63,783 bases of DNA, taken from assembly GCA_007129255.1 (NCBI GenBank), contig SKVW01000142.1:1-63783 (forward strand). The letters are read 5' to 3'. The notes under the pieces are model-generated. The model was given only the letters and a program-made list of their open reading frames with translations, was not told the origin of the DNA and ran no database searches. Below, in pieces: positions 9,073-18,842 of the stretch (position 1 is the stretch's first letter; the number at the start of each line of letters is the position of its first letter). The position numbers and the translations under genes are program-made. The stretch is from Bacteroidales bacterium. GTDB taxonomy: Bacteria; Bacteroidota; Bacteroidia; Bacteroidales; UBA7960.

Positions 9073-10152
9073 ATGTCAGGAAAATTATTGAAGCATATTG
9101 AGCCGGGTGTATTGACAGGAAAAGATGTAAATGAACTTTACCGTGTGGCCAGGGAACATAAATTTGCCCTTCCGGCAGTGAATGTAGTGGGAACCAATTC
9201 AGTAAATGCCGTGCTGGAGGCAGCCCGGGAGGCGAGCTCACCGGTTATCATACAATTCTCCAATGGGGGCGCCCAGTTTTTTGCGGGCAAATCCCTTTCC
9301 AACGAAAATCAGAAAGCCGCCATTGCAGGGGCTGTTTCAGGAGCCCATCACGTGGCAATGATGGCCAAAGAATATGAAGTCAGGGTTGTTTTGCATACCG
9401 ACCATGCCGCAAAAAAACTACTTCCCTGGATCGATGGGTTAATAAAAGCCAGTGAAGAAAACTTCAAAACTCATGGAAAGCCCCTTTTCAGCTCCCATAT
9501 GCTCGACCTATCGGAAGAAACCCTTGAAGACAATATCGCCATCAGTAAAAAATACCTGGAGCGAATGAGTAAAGTTGGGATGTCCCTGGAAGTAGAACTG
9601 GGCGTTACAGGCGGTGAAGAAGACGGAGTAGACCATTCCGACATTGACAGCTCAAAGCTTTACACCCAGCCCGAGGAAGTTGCCGCTATGTACGAATCCC
9701 TGATGGAGGTTTCCGATCAGTTTACCATTGCTGCGGCTTTTGGCAATGTACATGGGGTCTATAAACCGGGCAATGTCAAACTCCAGCCGGTGATCCTTAA
9801 AAACTCACAAAAGCATATTGAGGAAAGCTTTCAGACCAAACCCAATCCGGTTAATTTCGTTTTTCACGGGGGAAGCGGTTCCTCCAGGGAAGAAATTCGC
9901 GAATCCATTGATTATGGAGTGATCAAAATGAATATTGACACCGATACCCAATGGGCCTTCTGGGAAGGAATAAAAAACTATTACAAAAAAAATGAAGCCC
10001 ATCTTCAGGGCCAGATCGGCAATCCCGAAGGCGAAGAAAAGCCCAATAAAAAGTTTTATGACCCCAGGGCCTGGCTAAGGGCAGGTGAAGAAACCATGAA
10101 AGAGCGATTGAAGCTTGCTTTCGAAGACCTGAATGCTTTGGATAAAAACTAA
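9073..10152 (+). CDS. fbaA: Fructose-bisphosphate aldolase, class II
   Basis: From MSGKLLKHIEPGVLTG the product is 359 aa with class II FBA features (FALPAVNVVGTNS, VIIQFSNGG, HTDH, GNVHGVYKPGNVKL, FVFHGGSGS). The ORF-track start at 8914 adds 53 non-homologous residues. Confidence 0.9.
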   Translation: MSGKLLKHIEPGVLTGKDVNELYRVAREHKFALPAVNVVGTNSVNAVLEAAREASSPVIIQFSNGGAQFFAGKSLSNENQKAAIAGAVSGAHHVAMMAKEYEVRVVLHTDHAAKKLLPWIDGLIKASEENFKTHGKPLFSSHMLDLSEETLEDNIAISKKYLERMSKVGMSLEVELGVTGGEEDGVDHSDIDSSKLYTQPEEVAAMYESLMEVSDQFTIAAAFGNVHGVYKPGNVKLQPVILKNSQKHIEESFQTKPNPVNFVFHGGSGSSREEIRESIDYGVIKMNIDTDTQWAFWEGIKNYYKKNEAHLQGQIGNPEGEEKPNKKFYDPRAWLRAGEETMKERLKLAFEDLNALDKN

Positions 10153-10173
10153 GCTTTTATGGCTTTGATTTTA

Positions 10174-10211
10174 AAAGAGGCTTTTGTATGGTTACGAATG
10201 CCTCTTTTTTT
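10174..10211 (+). terminator. Rho-independent terminator after fbaA
   Basis: Stem AAAGAGGC / GCCTCTTT with an 18 nt loop, followed by T7. Confidence 0.55.
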
Positions 10212-10408
10212 CTGGGTAAAAGAAATTTAGTTTTTTCCCGTTAGATAAATAAACCTTTGCTCATATGAAGCATCCATGATTAACTTTAACCACACATGAG
10301 GATGATTATCCGGGAAACAGAACGTCATCCAATAAAGGAAAGTTAATTGTGATATTCTCCCGCATAGGCGGGACAGGCATATGACCTATTTAATCAAATT
10401 ATAAACAC

Positions 10409-10999
10409 ATGAAAATTAATTTGTTTTTACTGATCCTTCTTTTACCATTTGCGGCTTTTGCTGATGAACTCCCTGTAGAAGTTGAAGAACTTTGCCTGAT
10501 AGAAGAAGAGGTAAAACTTTATGAGAAAATTAACGCTTACCGTAATGAAAAAGGGAAACACCCCATTCCCCTTTCATTTAACCTCACTCTGGTGGCACAG
10601 GCACACGCCATAGATCTTTTTGAAAACAAACCCTATGATGACCAATGTAACATGCACAGCTGGTCGGGCAGCGGGCCTTGGAGTAAATGTTGTTACACTC
10701 CGGATCACAGCAACCCCCATTGTATGTGGGACAAACCGGTGGAGATATCCGGCTACCCGGGCAGGGGTTATGAAATCGTATACAGTTACTGGCCCGTTTC
10801 CTCATCCGTACCCCTGGCAAAAGAAGCCCTGGAAGCCTGGCAGTTAAGCCCGGGCCATAACAATACCATCATCAATGCAGGAGTGTTTACCCAGGCCAAC
10901 TGGGAAGCTATGGGAGTGGGAATTTACGGAGGCTATGTGGTGGTTTGGTTCGGTGAGGAAGCCGATCCTGAAGGACCTCCTCCCTATTGCGAAGATTAA
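10409..10999 (+). CDS. Secreted CAP/SCP (PR-1-like) domain protein
   Basis: Signal peptide present. YRNEKGKHPIPLSFNLTLVAQAHA, SPGHNNTII and WEAMGVGIYGGYVVVWFG resemble the CAP domain. Cys-rich central segment. Confidence 0.6.
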   Translation: MKINLFLLILLLPFAAFADELPVEVEELCLIEEEVKLYEKINAYRNEKGKHPIPLSFNLTLVAQAHAIDLFENKPYDDQCNMHSWSGSGPWSKCCYTPDHSNPHCMWDKPVEISGYPGRGYEIVYSYWPVSSSVPLAKEALEAWQLSPGHNNTIINAGVFTQANWEAMGVGIYGGYVVVWFGEEADPEGPPPYCED

Positions 11000-11006
11000 C
11001 CGGGGT

Positions 11007-11471
11007 TTAATCAAATTCCGGAAAGTTGATCCGGTCAACAACAATATATGCTCCCTGGTAATCTTTCTTGATTTTTTCCAGAAAGCGGCGGGCGTCAAGG
11101 CGGGTTCTAAAATCCCCGACTCTTAGCTTGAAATAAGGTTCATCCCAGTCAACATAGGTATTTACATCCGGGTATTTCTTTTCAAATTCTGCCCTGCTGC
11201 GTTGCGTGCGAAGACGGGCCTGGTTGCCCGAGTCCATGTAAATCTGTACCCGGAACCCGGCTATACCACGCTCGCGGGAAATGGCCTCCTGATGGGTATC
11301 AAGCAACCAATCAATTTTTTCATCCTGAACCACATTCGCCTTTAACGTATCCCGGAAGGTTTTCTTTTCTTCGGTTTTCTGCTTCTCCCCTTCAGGGCTA
11401 ATCAAAGGTCCCTGGGAGTAAACAGGAAAAACAAAAATCAAGGCAATTAAAAAAACAATAAGGTGTTTCAT
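11007..11471 (-). CDS. SPOR domain-containing protein
   Basis: Start taken at MKHLIVFLIALIFVFPVYSQ (signal peptide). C-terminal SPOR-like fold: GFRVQIY...ARLRTQRSRAEFEKKYPDVNTYVDWDEPYFKLRVGDFRTRLDARRFLEKIK. Confidence 0.7.
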   Translation of the reverse strand: MKHLIVFLIALIFVFPVYSQGPLISPEGEKQKTEEKKTFRDTLKANVVQDEKIDWLLDTHQEAISRERGIAGFRVQIYMDSGNQARLRTQRSRAEFEKKYPDVNTYVDWDEPYFKLRVGDFRTRLDARRFLEKIKKDYQGAYIVVDRINFPEFD

Positions 11472-11644
11472 ACCCACGACAATATTTGATAATTGGTCTT
11501 TCCAGCAATTTGTATTATGAGATCCCTTCAACCCTTAAAGACAAAGCCTTTTGGGAAAAAGGAAAAACCGGCAATTTTTTGCTTTGGTAAATTTACCAAA
11601 AACCATTCCTTAAACGAAAAAATATCCCTTGATATTTTTCTGAA

Positions 11645-13120
11645 TTAATAGGCTCTGGCAAAAATAACCCTTTGTTTTGAAGGCTTTCCGGAGTAAACAC
11701 AGGTTCCTGTTTCTTTTTCTGCATTCAGGAGAATACAACGTATGGTCGCTTTGGTTTCCTCTTTGATCTTTTGTTCGGTCTCGGCAGTTCCGTCCCAGTG
11801 CGCACTGATAAATCCTCCTTTTTCGTCAAGCACCTCTTTGAATTCTTCCCAGGTATTTACCGGAAAAGTATTTTTTTCCCTGAAGGAAAGCGCTTTCTGA
11901 TAAAGATTTTGCTGAATGTCGTTTAACAAGGTTTCAATCTTGTCCTCCACTCCCTCCATGGAATAAATTTCCTTTTGAAGGGTGTCTCTCCTGGCAACTT
12001 CAAGGGTTCCATTTTCCACATCACGGGGGCCAATGGCAATCCTGACCGGAACGCCTTTGAATTCATATTCGCTGAATTTCCAGCCTGGTTTATAGGTATC
12101 GCGGTCGTCCAGTTTCACGCTGAAGGCTTTTTTCTCAAGATTTACTTTTATCTCGCGGGCTTTGGCGCAAACCGTTTCGTATTGTTCGTTGTTTTTATAA
12201 ATTGGTACAATGGCTATTTGTATGGGTGCAAGTTTTGGTGGCAATACCAGGCCATGATCATCGGAGTGAGCCATGATGAGGGCTCCGACAAGGCGGGTGG
12301 AAACACCCCAGGAAGTGGCCCAGACATAATCCAGCTTACCTTCTTTACTGGCAAACTTCACATCAAAAGCCTTGGCAAAGTTCTGTCCCAGAAAATGTGA
12401 GGTGCCCGCCTGCAAGGCTTTTCCATCCTGCATGAGGGCTTCTATACAAAAAGTTTCTTCTGCCCCGGCAAAACGTTCATTTTCAGACTTTAGTCCTTTC
12501 AATACCGGAATGGCCATAAAGTTTTCCGCAAAATCTGCATAAACATCCAGCATCTGGTAGGTTTCATCAAGGGCTTCCTGTTTGGTGGCATGGGCCGTAT
12601 GGCCTTCCTGCCATAAAAATTCTGCTGTGCGCAAAAACATGCGGGTACGCATTTCCCACCTCACCACGTTTGCCCACTGGTTTACCAGAACGGGCAAATC
12701 ACGGTAAGACTGTATCCAGTTGCGATAAGTGTCCCAGATAATGGTTTCTGAAGTGGGGCGAATAATCAGTTCTTCTTCCAGTTTGGCTGTTTCGTCAACC
12801 ACCACACCTTTTCCATCGGGGGCGTTTTTCAGCCGGTAATGGGTCACAACGGCACATTCCTTGGCAAAACCTTCAACGTGGGCGGCTTCTTTGCTAAAAA
12901 ATGACTTTGGTATAAAAATTGGGAAATAAGCATTGGAATGGCCAGTATCCTTAAACATCTTATCAAGCGCAGCCTGCATTTTTTCCCAAATGGCGTAACC
13001 ATAGGGTTTAATAACCATGCACCCCCTTACGGCCGAATTCTCGGCAAGACCGGCGCGCTGAACGATATCGTTGTACCATTTGGAGTAATTGTCTTCGCGG
13101 GTGGAAAAATCTTTGGCCAT
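11645..13120 (-). CDS. proS: Proline--tRNA ligase (archaeal/eukaryote-like type common in Bacteroidota)
   Basis: [46 protein letters not shown] plus class II aaRS motifs through to the C-terminal FARAY. Start trimmed to the MAKD N-terminus typical of the family. Confidence 0.9.
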   Translation of the reverse strand: MAKDFSTREDNYSKWYNDIVQRAGLAENSAVRGCMVIKPYGYAIWEKMQAALDKMFKDTGHSNAYFPIFIPKSFFSKEAAHVEGFAKECAVVTHYRLKNAPDGKGVVVDETAKLEEELIIRPTSETIIWDTYRNWIQSYRDLPVLVNQWANVVRWEMRTRMFLRTAEFLWQEGHTAHATKQEALDETYQMLDVYADFAENFMAIPVLKGLKSENERFAGAEETFCIEALMQDGKALQAGTSHFLGQNFAKAFDVKFASKEGKLDYVWATSWGVSTRLVGALIMAHSDDHGLVLPPKLAPIQIAIVPIYKNNEQYETVCAKAREIKVNLEKKAFSVKLDDRDTYKPGWKFSEYEFKGVPVRIAIGPRDVENGTLEVARRDTLQKEIYSMEGVEDKIETLLNDIQQNLYQKALSFREKNTFPVNTWEEFKEVLDEKGGFISAHWDGTAETEQKIKEETKATIRCILLNAEKETGTCVYSGKPSKQRVIFARAY

Positions 13121-13170
13121 AATCAGCTTTGGTATAATATTTGCAATTTTTAACAATACTAAGAATCGCG

Positions 13171-13178
13171 CAAATTTA
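13171..13178 (-). promoter_or_regulatory. Bacteroidota -7 promoter motif (TAAATTTG on the minus strand) for proS
   Basis: Exact TAnnTTTG match 50 nt upstream of the start at 13120. Confidence 0.4.
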
Positions 13179-13209
13179 ACAAAAAACTATGAAAACCAAT
13201 GTTACTTGT

Positions 13210-13217
13210 TAACTTTG
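13210..13217 (+). promoter_or_regulatory. Bacteroidota -7 promoter motif (TAACTTTG) for the low-complexity lipoprotein gene
   Basis: Exact TAnnTTTG match 30 nt upstream of the ATG at 13247. It lies inside the ORF-track extension starting at 13199. Confidence 0.45.
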
Positions 13218-13246
13218 CCATTAACCCAACCAAGGAGGAAATAGTT

Positions 13247-14929
13247 ATGAAAACACTCGCAAAAATTTTCGGCTTAGTACTCGTAATAGCAGTGTTGGCA
13301 GGTTGTTCAACAACCTATCACGCTTCAAACGATTACGACGACATTTACTATACACCCGAGGTGGTAAGGGGAAAGTCTGATAAAGGCACAACCCAGGGTC
13401 AGGCAACCGTAGTTGAAACTTCAGCCCAGGAGGTCAGAAGCGATCAATATGGTTATGGCCATGATGATGCTGATTATGTTTATTATGAGGAAGAATATTA
13501 TTACCAGGATGAAAATAATAACCAGCAGGCGGATGAGACTGAAACCTACTACGATGAAGAAGGGAATGTATACGTAAGTAATTATTATTATGGAGATTAT
13601 TATGATTTCTCCTACTCATCCAGGATTAGAAGGTTTCACAGGCCTTATGCAACTTTTGGGTATTATTCTCCCATGTATACCAACCTTTACTGGTATACCC
13701 ATAATCCCTATCATTATGGGGTAAGTATTTACCTCGGTTACGGAGCAGTTCCCTTTTATTCTCCTTATTATTACTGGAGTGGCCCCTATTGGAGGCATTG
13801 GGGATGGCACCGCCCGTTTTATTCCTGGCATCCGTTCTATGGACATCACATGTTTGCCCCCTCACCATTTTATTTTGGCGGTGGCTACTTTTTGGGATAC
13901 CATCATGGATATTATCATGGCTATTGGGGACATCCCTACTACTACCAATATGTTTACAACAGTTTCGATCCCAATAACTACTATTACGGTCCCCGTGGCG
14001 GAACCGGAACCACCATTGCAGGAAGAGGGGGTGGCCGGCCTGCAGAAACCTTTGCAGATACCTATGAGGCCCGCACCCGCAGAACCTCATCCGGAGGTCG
14101 TGAAGTAATTGCCATGAAGGATAATGAAGTGGATCAGGTCAGAAGAGCGGCCAGGGAAGAAAGCAGGCCTACAGAAGCTACCAGGACTGTGGAAAGGACT
14201 CCCGCTGCAGGTGAACAGGCGGCTCAACCGGCAGCAAGGCCACAACGTCAGCCAGAACAGGCCAGACCCTCAAGGCCTGAACGCCAGCCTGAGCAAGCCA
14301 GGCCTTCTACAAGGCCCCAAACCCCAAGAAGTGTTCAGCCCTCCAGAAGGCCTTCGGATTACCAGGCTCCTTCCAGGGAACAATACGAACGTCCTCAAGG
14401 TGAAAGGTATACCAGGCCAAGGAGTGCCCCTTCGGGACCTCCCCGTGAAAGTGACGGAAACTACAGCCGTCCGCGTACTTACACGCCTCCAAGCTACCAG
14501 CAGCCAAAATCAAATGAGCAATACAGGAGCCCGCAGAGCGGACGCTCGCCTTCGGTAAGCCCGCCTAGCAGAGACACTCAACGTCAGGGTGAGCAGGCAA
14601 GCCCATCACGCCAGGAGCAAAGGCCGCAGGCAAGGCCTCAGCCTCGACAAACCAGGCCGCAGGCAAGGCCACAATCTCCTCCCAGACAGCAAAGAGGGAC
14701 CCCAAGTTATTCTCCTCCAAGCAGGTCTTCTGGTAGCGATAGCAGGCCAAGTGCAAGGCCTTCCAGCAGTCCCTCCAGAAATTCCGGCGTAAGGCCTGCC
14801 AGAGGCAGCAGCAATACAAGGAGTACACCAAGGGTTAGCTCTCCCCCTAGTAGAAGCTCCGGAGGCAGCAGCCCCGCAAGGTCTTCCGGCAGCAGCTCCG
14901 GAAGCAGCAGCAACAGCAGAAGAAGATAA
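13247..14929 (+). CDS. Low-complexity lipoprotein: Tyr/Gly/His/Trp-rich N-terminal half and Pro/Arg/Gln/Ser-rich C-terminal half, function unknown
   Basis: Lipoprotein signal MKTLAKIFGLVLVIAVLAGC. GGAGGA lies 7 nt upstream of the ATG. 1.7 kb open frame with a strong compositional bias that also generates several spurious overlapping ORFs in other frames. Confidence 0.7.
   Translation: MKTLAKIFGLVLVIAVLAGCSTTYHASNDYDDIYYTPEVVRGKSDKGTTQGQATVVETSAQEVRSDQYGYGHDDADYVYYEEEYYYQDENNNQQADETETYYDEEGNVYVSNYYYGDYYDFSYSSRIRRFHRPYATFGYYSPMYTNLYWYTHNPYHYGVSIYLGYGAVPFYSPYYYWSGPYWRHWGWHRPFYSWHPFYGHHMFAPSPFYFGGGYFLGYHHGYYHGYWGHPYYYQYVYNSFDPNNYYYGPRGGTGTTIAGRGGGRPAETFADTYEARTRRTSSGGREVIAMKDNEVDQVRRAAREESRPTEATRTVERTPAAGEQAAQPAARPQRQPEQARPSRPERQPEQARPSTRPQTPRSVQPSRRPSDYQAPSREQYERPQGERYTRPRSAPSGPPRESDGNYSRPRTYTPPSYQQPKSNEQYRSPQSGRSPSVSPPSRDTQRQGEQASPSRQEQRPQARPQPRQTRPQARPQSPPRQQRGTPSYSPPSRSSGSDSRPSARPSSSPSRNSGVRPARGSSNTRSTPRVSSPPSRSSGGSSPARSSGSSSGSSSNSRRR
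14621..14670 (+). repeat. 17 nt exact direct repeat (AGGCCGCAGGCAAGGCC at 14621 and 14654, period 33 nt) inside the low-complexity gene
   Basis: Read directly from the sequence. It encodes the reiterated RPQARPQ peptide. A looser repeat encoding QPEQARPS occurs around 14245-14310. Confidence 0.8.
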
Positions 14930-14969
14930 AAAGTGTTGATTTCATAATCATTTCCCTTTTGAGGAAAAG

Positions 14970-15012
14970 CCTCCCGGTATATTACAGATTTTCTTTTACC
15001 GGGAGGTTTTTT
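14970..15012 (+). terminator. Rho-independent terminator after the low-complexity lipoprotein gene
   Basis: Perfect 10 bp stem CCTCCCGGTA / TACCGGGAGG followed by T6. Confidence 0.8.
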
Positions 15013-15109
15013 AATAAAAATTGAAACCGCAAAATGCCGGAGCCCTGGAAGCAAACGTATTACTCTAATTAAAAAGTTAACGGAATTTTAATGACCAAAA
15101 ATGCATATT

Positions 15110-16549
15110 ATGAAAAAGCTCGCGATAATTTTTTTGATCTCTATCCTTTCAGCAGGTTCGCTTTTTTCCCAAAGCGAAATGGATGCTTTCCGTTTCTCTC
15201 ATATTGAACCCGGCGGAACGGCCAGATTCACTGCCATGGGAGGCGCTTTTACCGCTTTGGGCGGGGACTTTGGCTCTTTCAGCACCAACCCTGCAGGAAT
15301 CGGCATATTCCGGCGATCGGAGTTCTCAATAACCCCTACTTTGGGCTACAACCTGGTCAATTCCACTTATTATGGCACCACCGAAGAGGACATGAAATAT
15401 GATTTCAACCTGAATAACGTTGGTGTTGTTTTTTCCTTCCCTATCGGCAGTCAGACCGATGAAGGGGGATGGCGCTATTTTAATATTGGGTTTGGTATGA
15501 ACCGGCACAATAATTTTAACAGCCGTTGGATCGCAGAAGGGTTCAACCCTGAAAGCTCCTTAATGACAGATTTTCTCCAGCAGGCAACCGCCGAGGGTAT
15601 TGACAACCTCGATAAGTTTTCTACCGGCCTGGCTTATGATACCTGGTTGCTCGGCGAAGAAAACGGAGAGTTTTTTGTGGATATGCCCGATGGGCGTGTG
15701 CTTCAAAGACAGGAAACCAGCACTTCCGGCTCCATTCGTGAAATGGTGCTTACGGCCGGAGCAAATTTCGATAACCGCATTTACCTCGGTGCCTCAGTTG
15801 GGTTTCCCTCTGTAAGGTACGAGGAAGAAACACAATACAGAGAAACCGACCCTGAAGGACAAAGTGAGGTTTTTAATTCACTGACCTATACCAACCGTCT
15901 GACGACAAGGGGGTCAGGATATAACTTTAAGTTTGGTGCCATTGTATGGCTCACCGAAATGATCCGTGTAGGCGGTGCCATCCACACCCCAACATTCTAT
16001 GATTTGGATGATAGTTATCGTGCCAGCATGCGTTCCGACCTGAACCTGGATTATACCAGCAATTTTGCAGAGTCCCCCCGCGGAAGATTTAATTACGATA
16101 TTAATACCCCGCTCAGGGCTATGGGAGGCCTGGGACTCGTTTTCGGAAATATGGGATTGGTAAGTTTGGACTATGAATATGCTGACTATACCAAAATGAG
16201 GCTGCGAAGCAGTGATTACATGTTTTCTGATGAAAACAGAAGCATTCGGGAAAACTTTACCCAACAGCATATTGTAAGGGTCGGAGGTGAATTGCGACTG
16301 GAACCGCTTATTTTAAGAGCCGGTTACGGCTTTTATTCCAACCCTTATGAAGAATCGGTAAATGACAGACAGCAGTCTGTTATCTCCGCCGGAATTGGGA
16401 TCCGGGATGCCAATTACTCCCTGGACTTTTCATACTCCATCGCCCGCTTTGATGAAGATTTCTTTTTATATAACCCGGACCTGGTGCAGGCCGTGGAAAA
16501 ACAATATTCTATCAGCGCTTTCCGGTTAACCATGGGCTGGAGGTTCTGA
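15110..16549 (+). CDS. FadL/TodX-like outer membrane beta-barrel protein
   Basis: Signal peptide present. N-terminal motif GGTARFTAMGGAFTALGGDFGSFSTNPAGIG is typical of OMPP1/FadL/TodX transporters. Alternating beta-strand pattern, with a C-terminal aromatic residue (GWRF). Confidence 0.65.
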   Translation: MKKLAIIFLISILSAGSLFSQSEMDAFRFSHIEPGGTARFTAMGGAFTALGGDFGSFSTNPAGIGIFRRSEFSITPTLGYNLVNSTYYGTTEEDMKYDFNLNNVGVVFSFPIGSQTDEGGWRYFNIGFGMNRHNNFNSRWIAEGFNPESSLMTDFLQQATAEGIDNLDKFSTGLAYDTWLLGEENGEFFVDMPDGRVLQRQETSTSGSIREMVLTAGANFDNRIYLGASVGFPSVRYEEETQYRETDPEGQSEVFNSLTYTNRLTTRGSGYNFKFGAIVWLTEMIRVGGAIHTPTFYDLDDSYRASMRSDLNLDYTSNFAESPRGRFNYDINTPLRAMGGLGLVFGNMGLVSLDYEYADYTKMRLRSSDYMFSDENRSIRENFTQQHIVRVGGELRLEPLILRAGYGFYSNPYEESVNDRQQSVISAGIGIRDANYSLDFSYSIARFDEDFFLYNPDLVQAVEKQYSISAFRLTMGWRF

Positions 16550-16570
16550 TCATTTAAAAATTATGGGATA

Positions 16571-16602
16571 AAAAAAACCGGGCGTATAACCCGGTTTTTT
16601 TT
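16571..16602. terminator. Bidirectional terminator between convergent genes
   Basis: A7-CCGGG-loop-CCCGG-T8, flanked by A and T runs, so it can function on both strands. Confidence 0.7.
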
Positions 16603-16618
16603 ATTAATCGTTTTTTTA

Positions 16619-17470
16619 TCAGGATTCCACATTCTTGACAATATCATCGTCCACGAGAATTCTTCCACAATATTCGCAAACGATTATCTTTTTATTTAAG
16701 CGGATATCCAACTGGCGCTGAGGTGGAATTTTATTGAAGCAGCCTCCACATGCATCCCTTTCCACCGGAACAACACCTAAACCGTTGCGGGAATTTTCAC
16801 GGATCCGTTCGTAAGCTGAAAGTAAGCGCTCATCAATCTGCTCTTTTTGGGTTGCAGATTTATTATTCAGGTTTTCTTCTTCTTTCTTAGTTTCTGCTAC
16901 AATGTCCTCCAGTTCACTTTGCTTGACCTCCAGGTCTTTTTTCCTTTCTTCAAGCTCTTCTATAACATTTTTTACGGTTTCTTTTTTAAGCTCAATGGAG
17001 GCGTTGAACTCCTTGATCTTCTTTTCACAGAGCTGGGCCTCCAGCGACTGGTATTCAATCTCTTTGGAAAGGGAGTCATACTCGCGGTTGTTACGAACAT
17101 TCATCTGCTGGGCTTCATACTTTTTGATCAGTTCCAGACAGTCTGTGATGGCGTGTTTTTTATTGGAAACTTCGGTTTCCAATTCCTCAATTTCCTGGTT
17201 TATTTTTTCTACCCTGGTTTCAAGACCTGCAATTTCATCTTCAAGGTCCTGAACTTCCAAGGGCAGCTCACCCCTGACGATCCTGATCTTGTCGACTTTA
17301 CTGTCAATGGCCTGAAGAGAGTAAAGTGCCGTTAATTTTTTCCTTACGGTCATCTCCACGCTATCTTCCGGACCGGGCGCAGGAGCTGCTACCGCTGATT
17401 CTTCGGTGCCGGTGCTGGGGACTATCTTTTTGGTCTTTTCTTTTTTGCTGGTTTTTGAAGTTTTTGCCAT
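16619..17470 (-). CDS. Coiled-coil protein with a C-terminal C4 zinc ribbon (COG1579-like)
   Basis: Long E/K-rich coiled coil and a terminal CGGCFNKIPPQ...VCEYCGRIL zinc ribbon. Immediately downstream of a Nif3 gene, the usual partner. Confidence 0.7.
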   Translation of the reverse strand: MAKTSKTSKKEKTKKIVPSTGTEESAVAAPAPGPEDSVEMTVRKKLTALYSLQAIDSKVDKIRIVRGELPLEVQDLEDEIAGLETRVEKINQEIEELETEVSNKKHAITDCLELIKKYEAQQMNVRNNREYDSLSKEIEYQSLEAQLCEKKIKEFNASIELKKETVKNVIEELEERKKDLEVKQSELEDIVAETKKEEENLNNKSATQKEQIDERLLSAYERIRENSRNGLGVVPVERDACGGCFNKIPPQRQLDIRLNKKIIVCEYCGRILVDDDIVKNVES

Positions 17471-17509
17471 GGGAAAATATTTTCTTTTATTTAATTGAAG
17501 CGCAAATAA

Positions 17510-18604
17510 TTAATAATAGTGAACCGGATTGGTGTTTACTTCCGAAATTTGGAGTGCAAAGTTACTAATTTTTTTATTAACAACATCATACAATAGGTTG
17601 ACGGTGAATTGTTCGGTTTCGAAATGCCCGGCATCGGCCAGCAGAATATTTTTACGGGCATCAAAAAACTGGTGGTATTTCACGTCTGCTGTTACAAAAG
17701 CCTTGGCGCCACTGGAAATGGCTTTGTCCAGCAAAAAGCTGCCAGAACCTCCGCAAACGGCCACTTTATCAATCGGCTGGCTTGTCAGCTCAGAATGCCT
17801 GATTACCGGTACCTTGAGCCTGTTTTTCAATAAATCAAGAAAGTCCCGGGCGAACAATGGCTCCTCAAGTTCCCCGATCATCCCCGAACCAACCCTGTCA
17901 AATGAATTTTCCAGGGGATAAATATCATAAGCGACCTCTTCGTATGGATGGCTCGCATGCATGGCATTCAGGATCTTTTTTTCAAGAAAAGCAGGATAAA
18001 TGGTTTCAATCCTGATCTCAGGTTCAAAATGCAATTCTTTTAAATTACCAACAAAAGGGTTGGCCTGATCTCCTGCCCTGAAAGAGCCCTTGCCTTCTAT
18101 ATTATAACTGCAGCAATCATAGTCACCAATATGTCCTGCACCTTCTTTGAAAATTGCACCCCGGACTTTTTCTGCATGATCATTGGGACAAAAAACCACG
18201 AGCTTTTTTAATAAGCCCGATTGCTGCTCCAAAACCTGCAGGTTTTTCATTCCCAGTTTTTTGCAAAGCATCTGGTTCACACCGGTCAGCATGTTATCCA
18301 GGTTGGTGTGCACCGAAACAATGGCAATATCATGTTTAATAGCTTCAATGATTACCTCTTCGGTAAAATGTTGACCCGTAATTTTTTTCAATCCTTTAAA
18401 AATCAACGGATGGTGAGAAATAACCAGGTCACAGCTTTTTTCCCTGGCTTCTGCTATTACCTCCGGTGTTATGTCTAGGCAAACCAATCCACTGTTTATG
18501 CTGGCAGATGGTGAGCCTACCTGCAATCCTGAATTATCATAAGACTCCTGAAGGGAAAAAGGAGCTGCCTCCTCCAACATTTCCATTAACTCTTTAAGCA
18601 GCAT
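17510..18604 (-). CDS. Nif3-like dinuclear metal centre protein (YbgI/YqfO family)
   Basis: MLLKELMEMLEEAAPFSLQESYDNSGLQVG is the family-typical N-terminus. Also ISHHPLIFKGLKK, VSVHTNLD and a C-terminal GHFETE. Start trimmed from 18652 because a -7 motif lies inside the extension. Confidence 0.85.
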   Translation of the reverse strand: MLLKELMEMLEEAAPFSLQESYDNSGLQVGSPSASINSGLVCLDITPEVIAEAREKSCDLVISHHPLIFKGLKKITGQHFTEEVIIEAIKHDIAIVSVHTNLDNMLTGVNQMLCKKLGMKNLQVLEQQSGLLKKLVVFCPNDHAEKVRGAIFKEGAGHIGDYDCCSYNIEGKGSFRAGDQANPFVGNLKELHFEPEIRIETIYPAFLEKKILNAMHASHPYEEVAYDIYPLENSFDRVGSGMIGELEEPLFARDFLDLLKNRLKVPVIRHSELTSQPIDKVAVCGGSGSFLLDKAISSGAKAFVTADVKYHQFFDARKNILLADAGHFETEQFTVNLLYDVVNKKISNFALQISEVNTNPVHYY

Positions 18605-18627
18605 ATCAAAGTTTTTTATTTTTCCAT

Positions 18628-18635
18628 CAAAGTTA
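18628..18635 (-). promoter_or_regulatory. Bacteroidota -7 promoter motif (TAACTTTG on the minus strand) for the nif3/zinc-ribbon operon
   Basis: Exact TAnnTTTG match 24 nt upstream of the start at 18604. Confidence 0.4.
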
Positions 18636-18830
18636 AAAAATGAAGCATCCATTTAAAAAACATTTTAAAAGAAAAAAAATCCCTTATTCTACGGATAATT
18701 TTTCTATTCTTTTTGCCTTTTTTTGTTTCAAAGCTTCCTAAGATTCTTTGAAAAAAAAATATAAAAATAGGGTTTTTTGTATTTGTCTAAAAATTAGAAG
18801 GTTATGATTGGTAAAACCAAAACCTTTTCA

Positions 18831-18838
18831 TAACTTTG
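18831..18838 (+). promoter_or_regulatory. Bacteroidota -7 promoter motif (TAACTTTG) for lpxK
   Basis: Exact TAnnTTTG match ending only 4 nt before the ATG at 18843, implying a leaderless or near-leaderless mRNA. Confidence 0.4.
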
Positions 18839-18842
18839 GCAC

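Noticed and set aside
10213-10408. Possible small RNA or riboswitch in the 196 nt upstream of the CAP-domain gene (hairpins GGATGA..TCATCC and CCCGC-ATAG-GCGGG)
   Set aside because: The stems are short, there is no T-run and I recognised no conserved motif. The evidence is insufficient.
13434-15054. Multiple overlapping ORFs on both strands (for example 13626..14090, 14124..14558, 14707..15054)
   Set aside because: They are by-products of the extreme codon and composition bias of the low-complexity lipoprotein gene. Only the 13247..14929 frame has a signal peptide, promoter motif and terminator.
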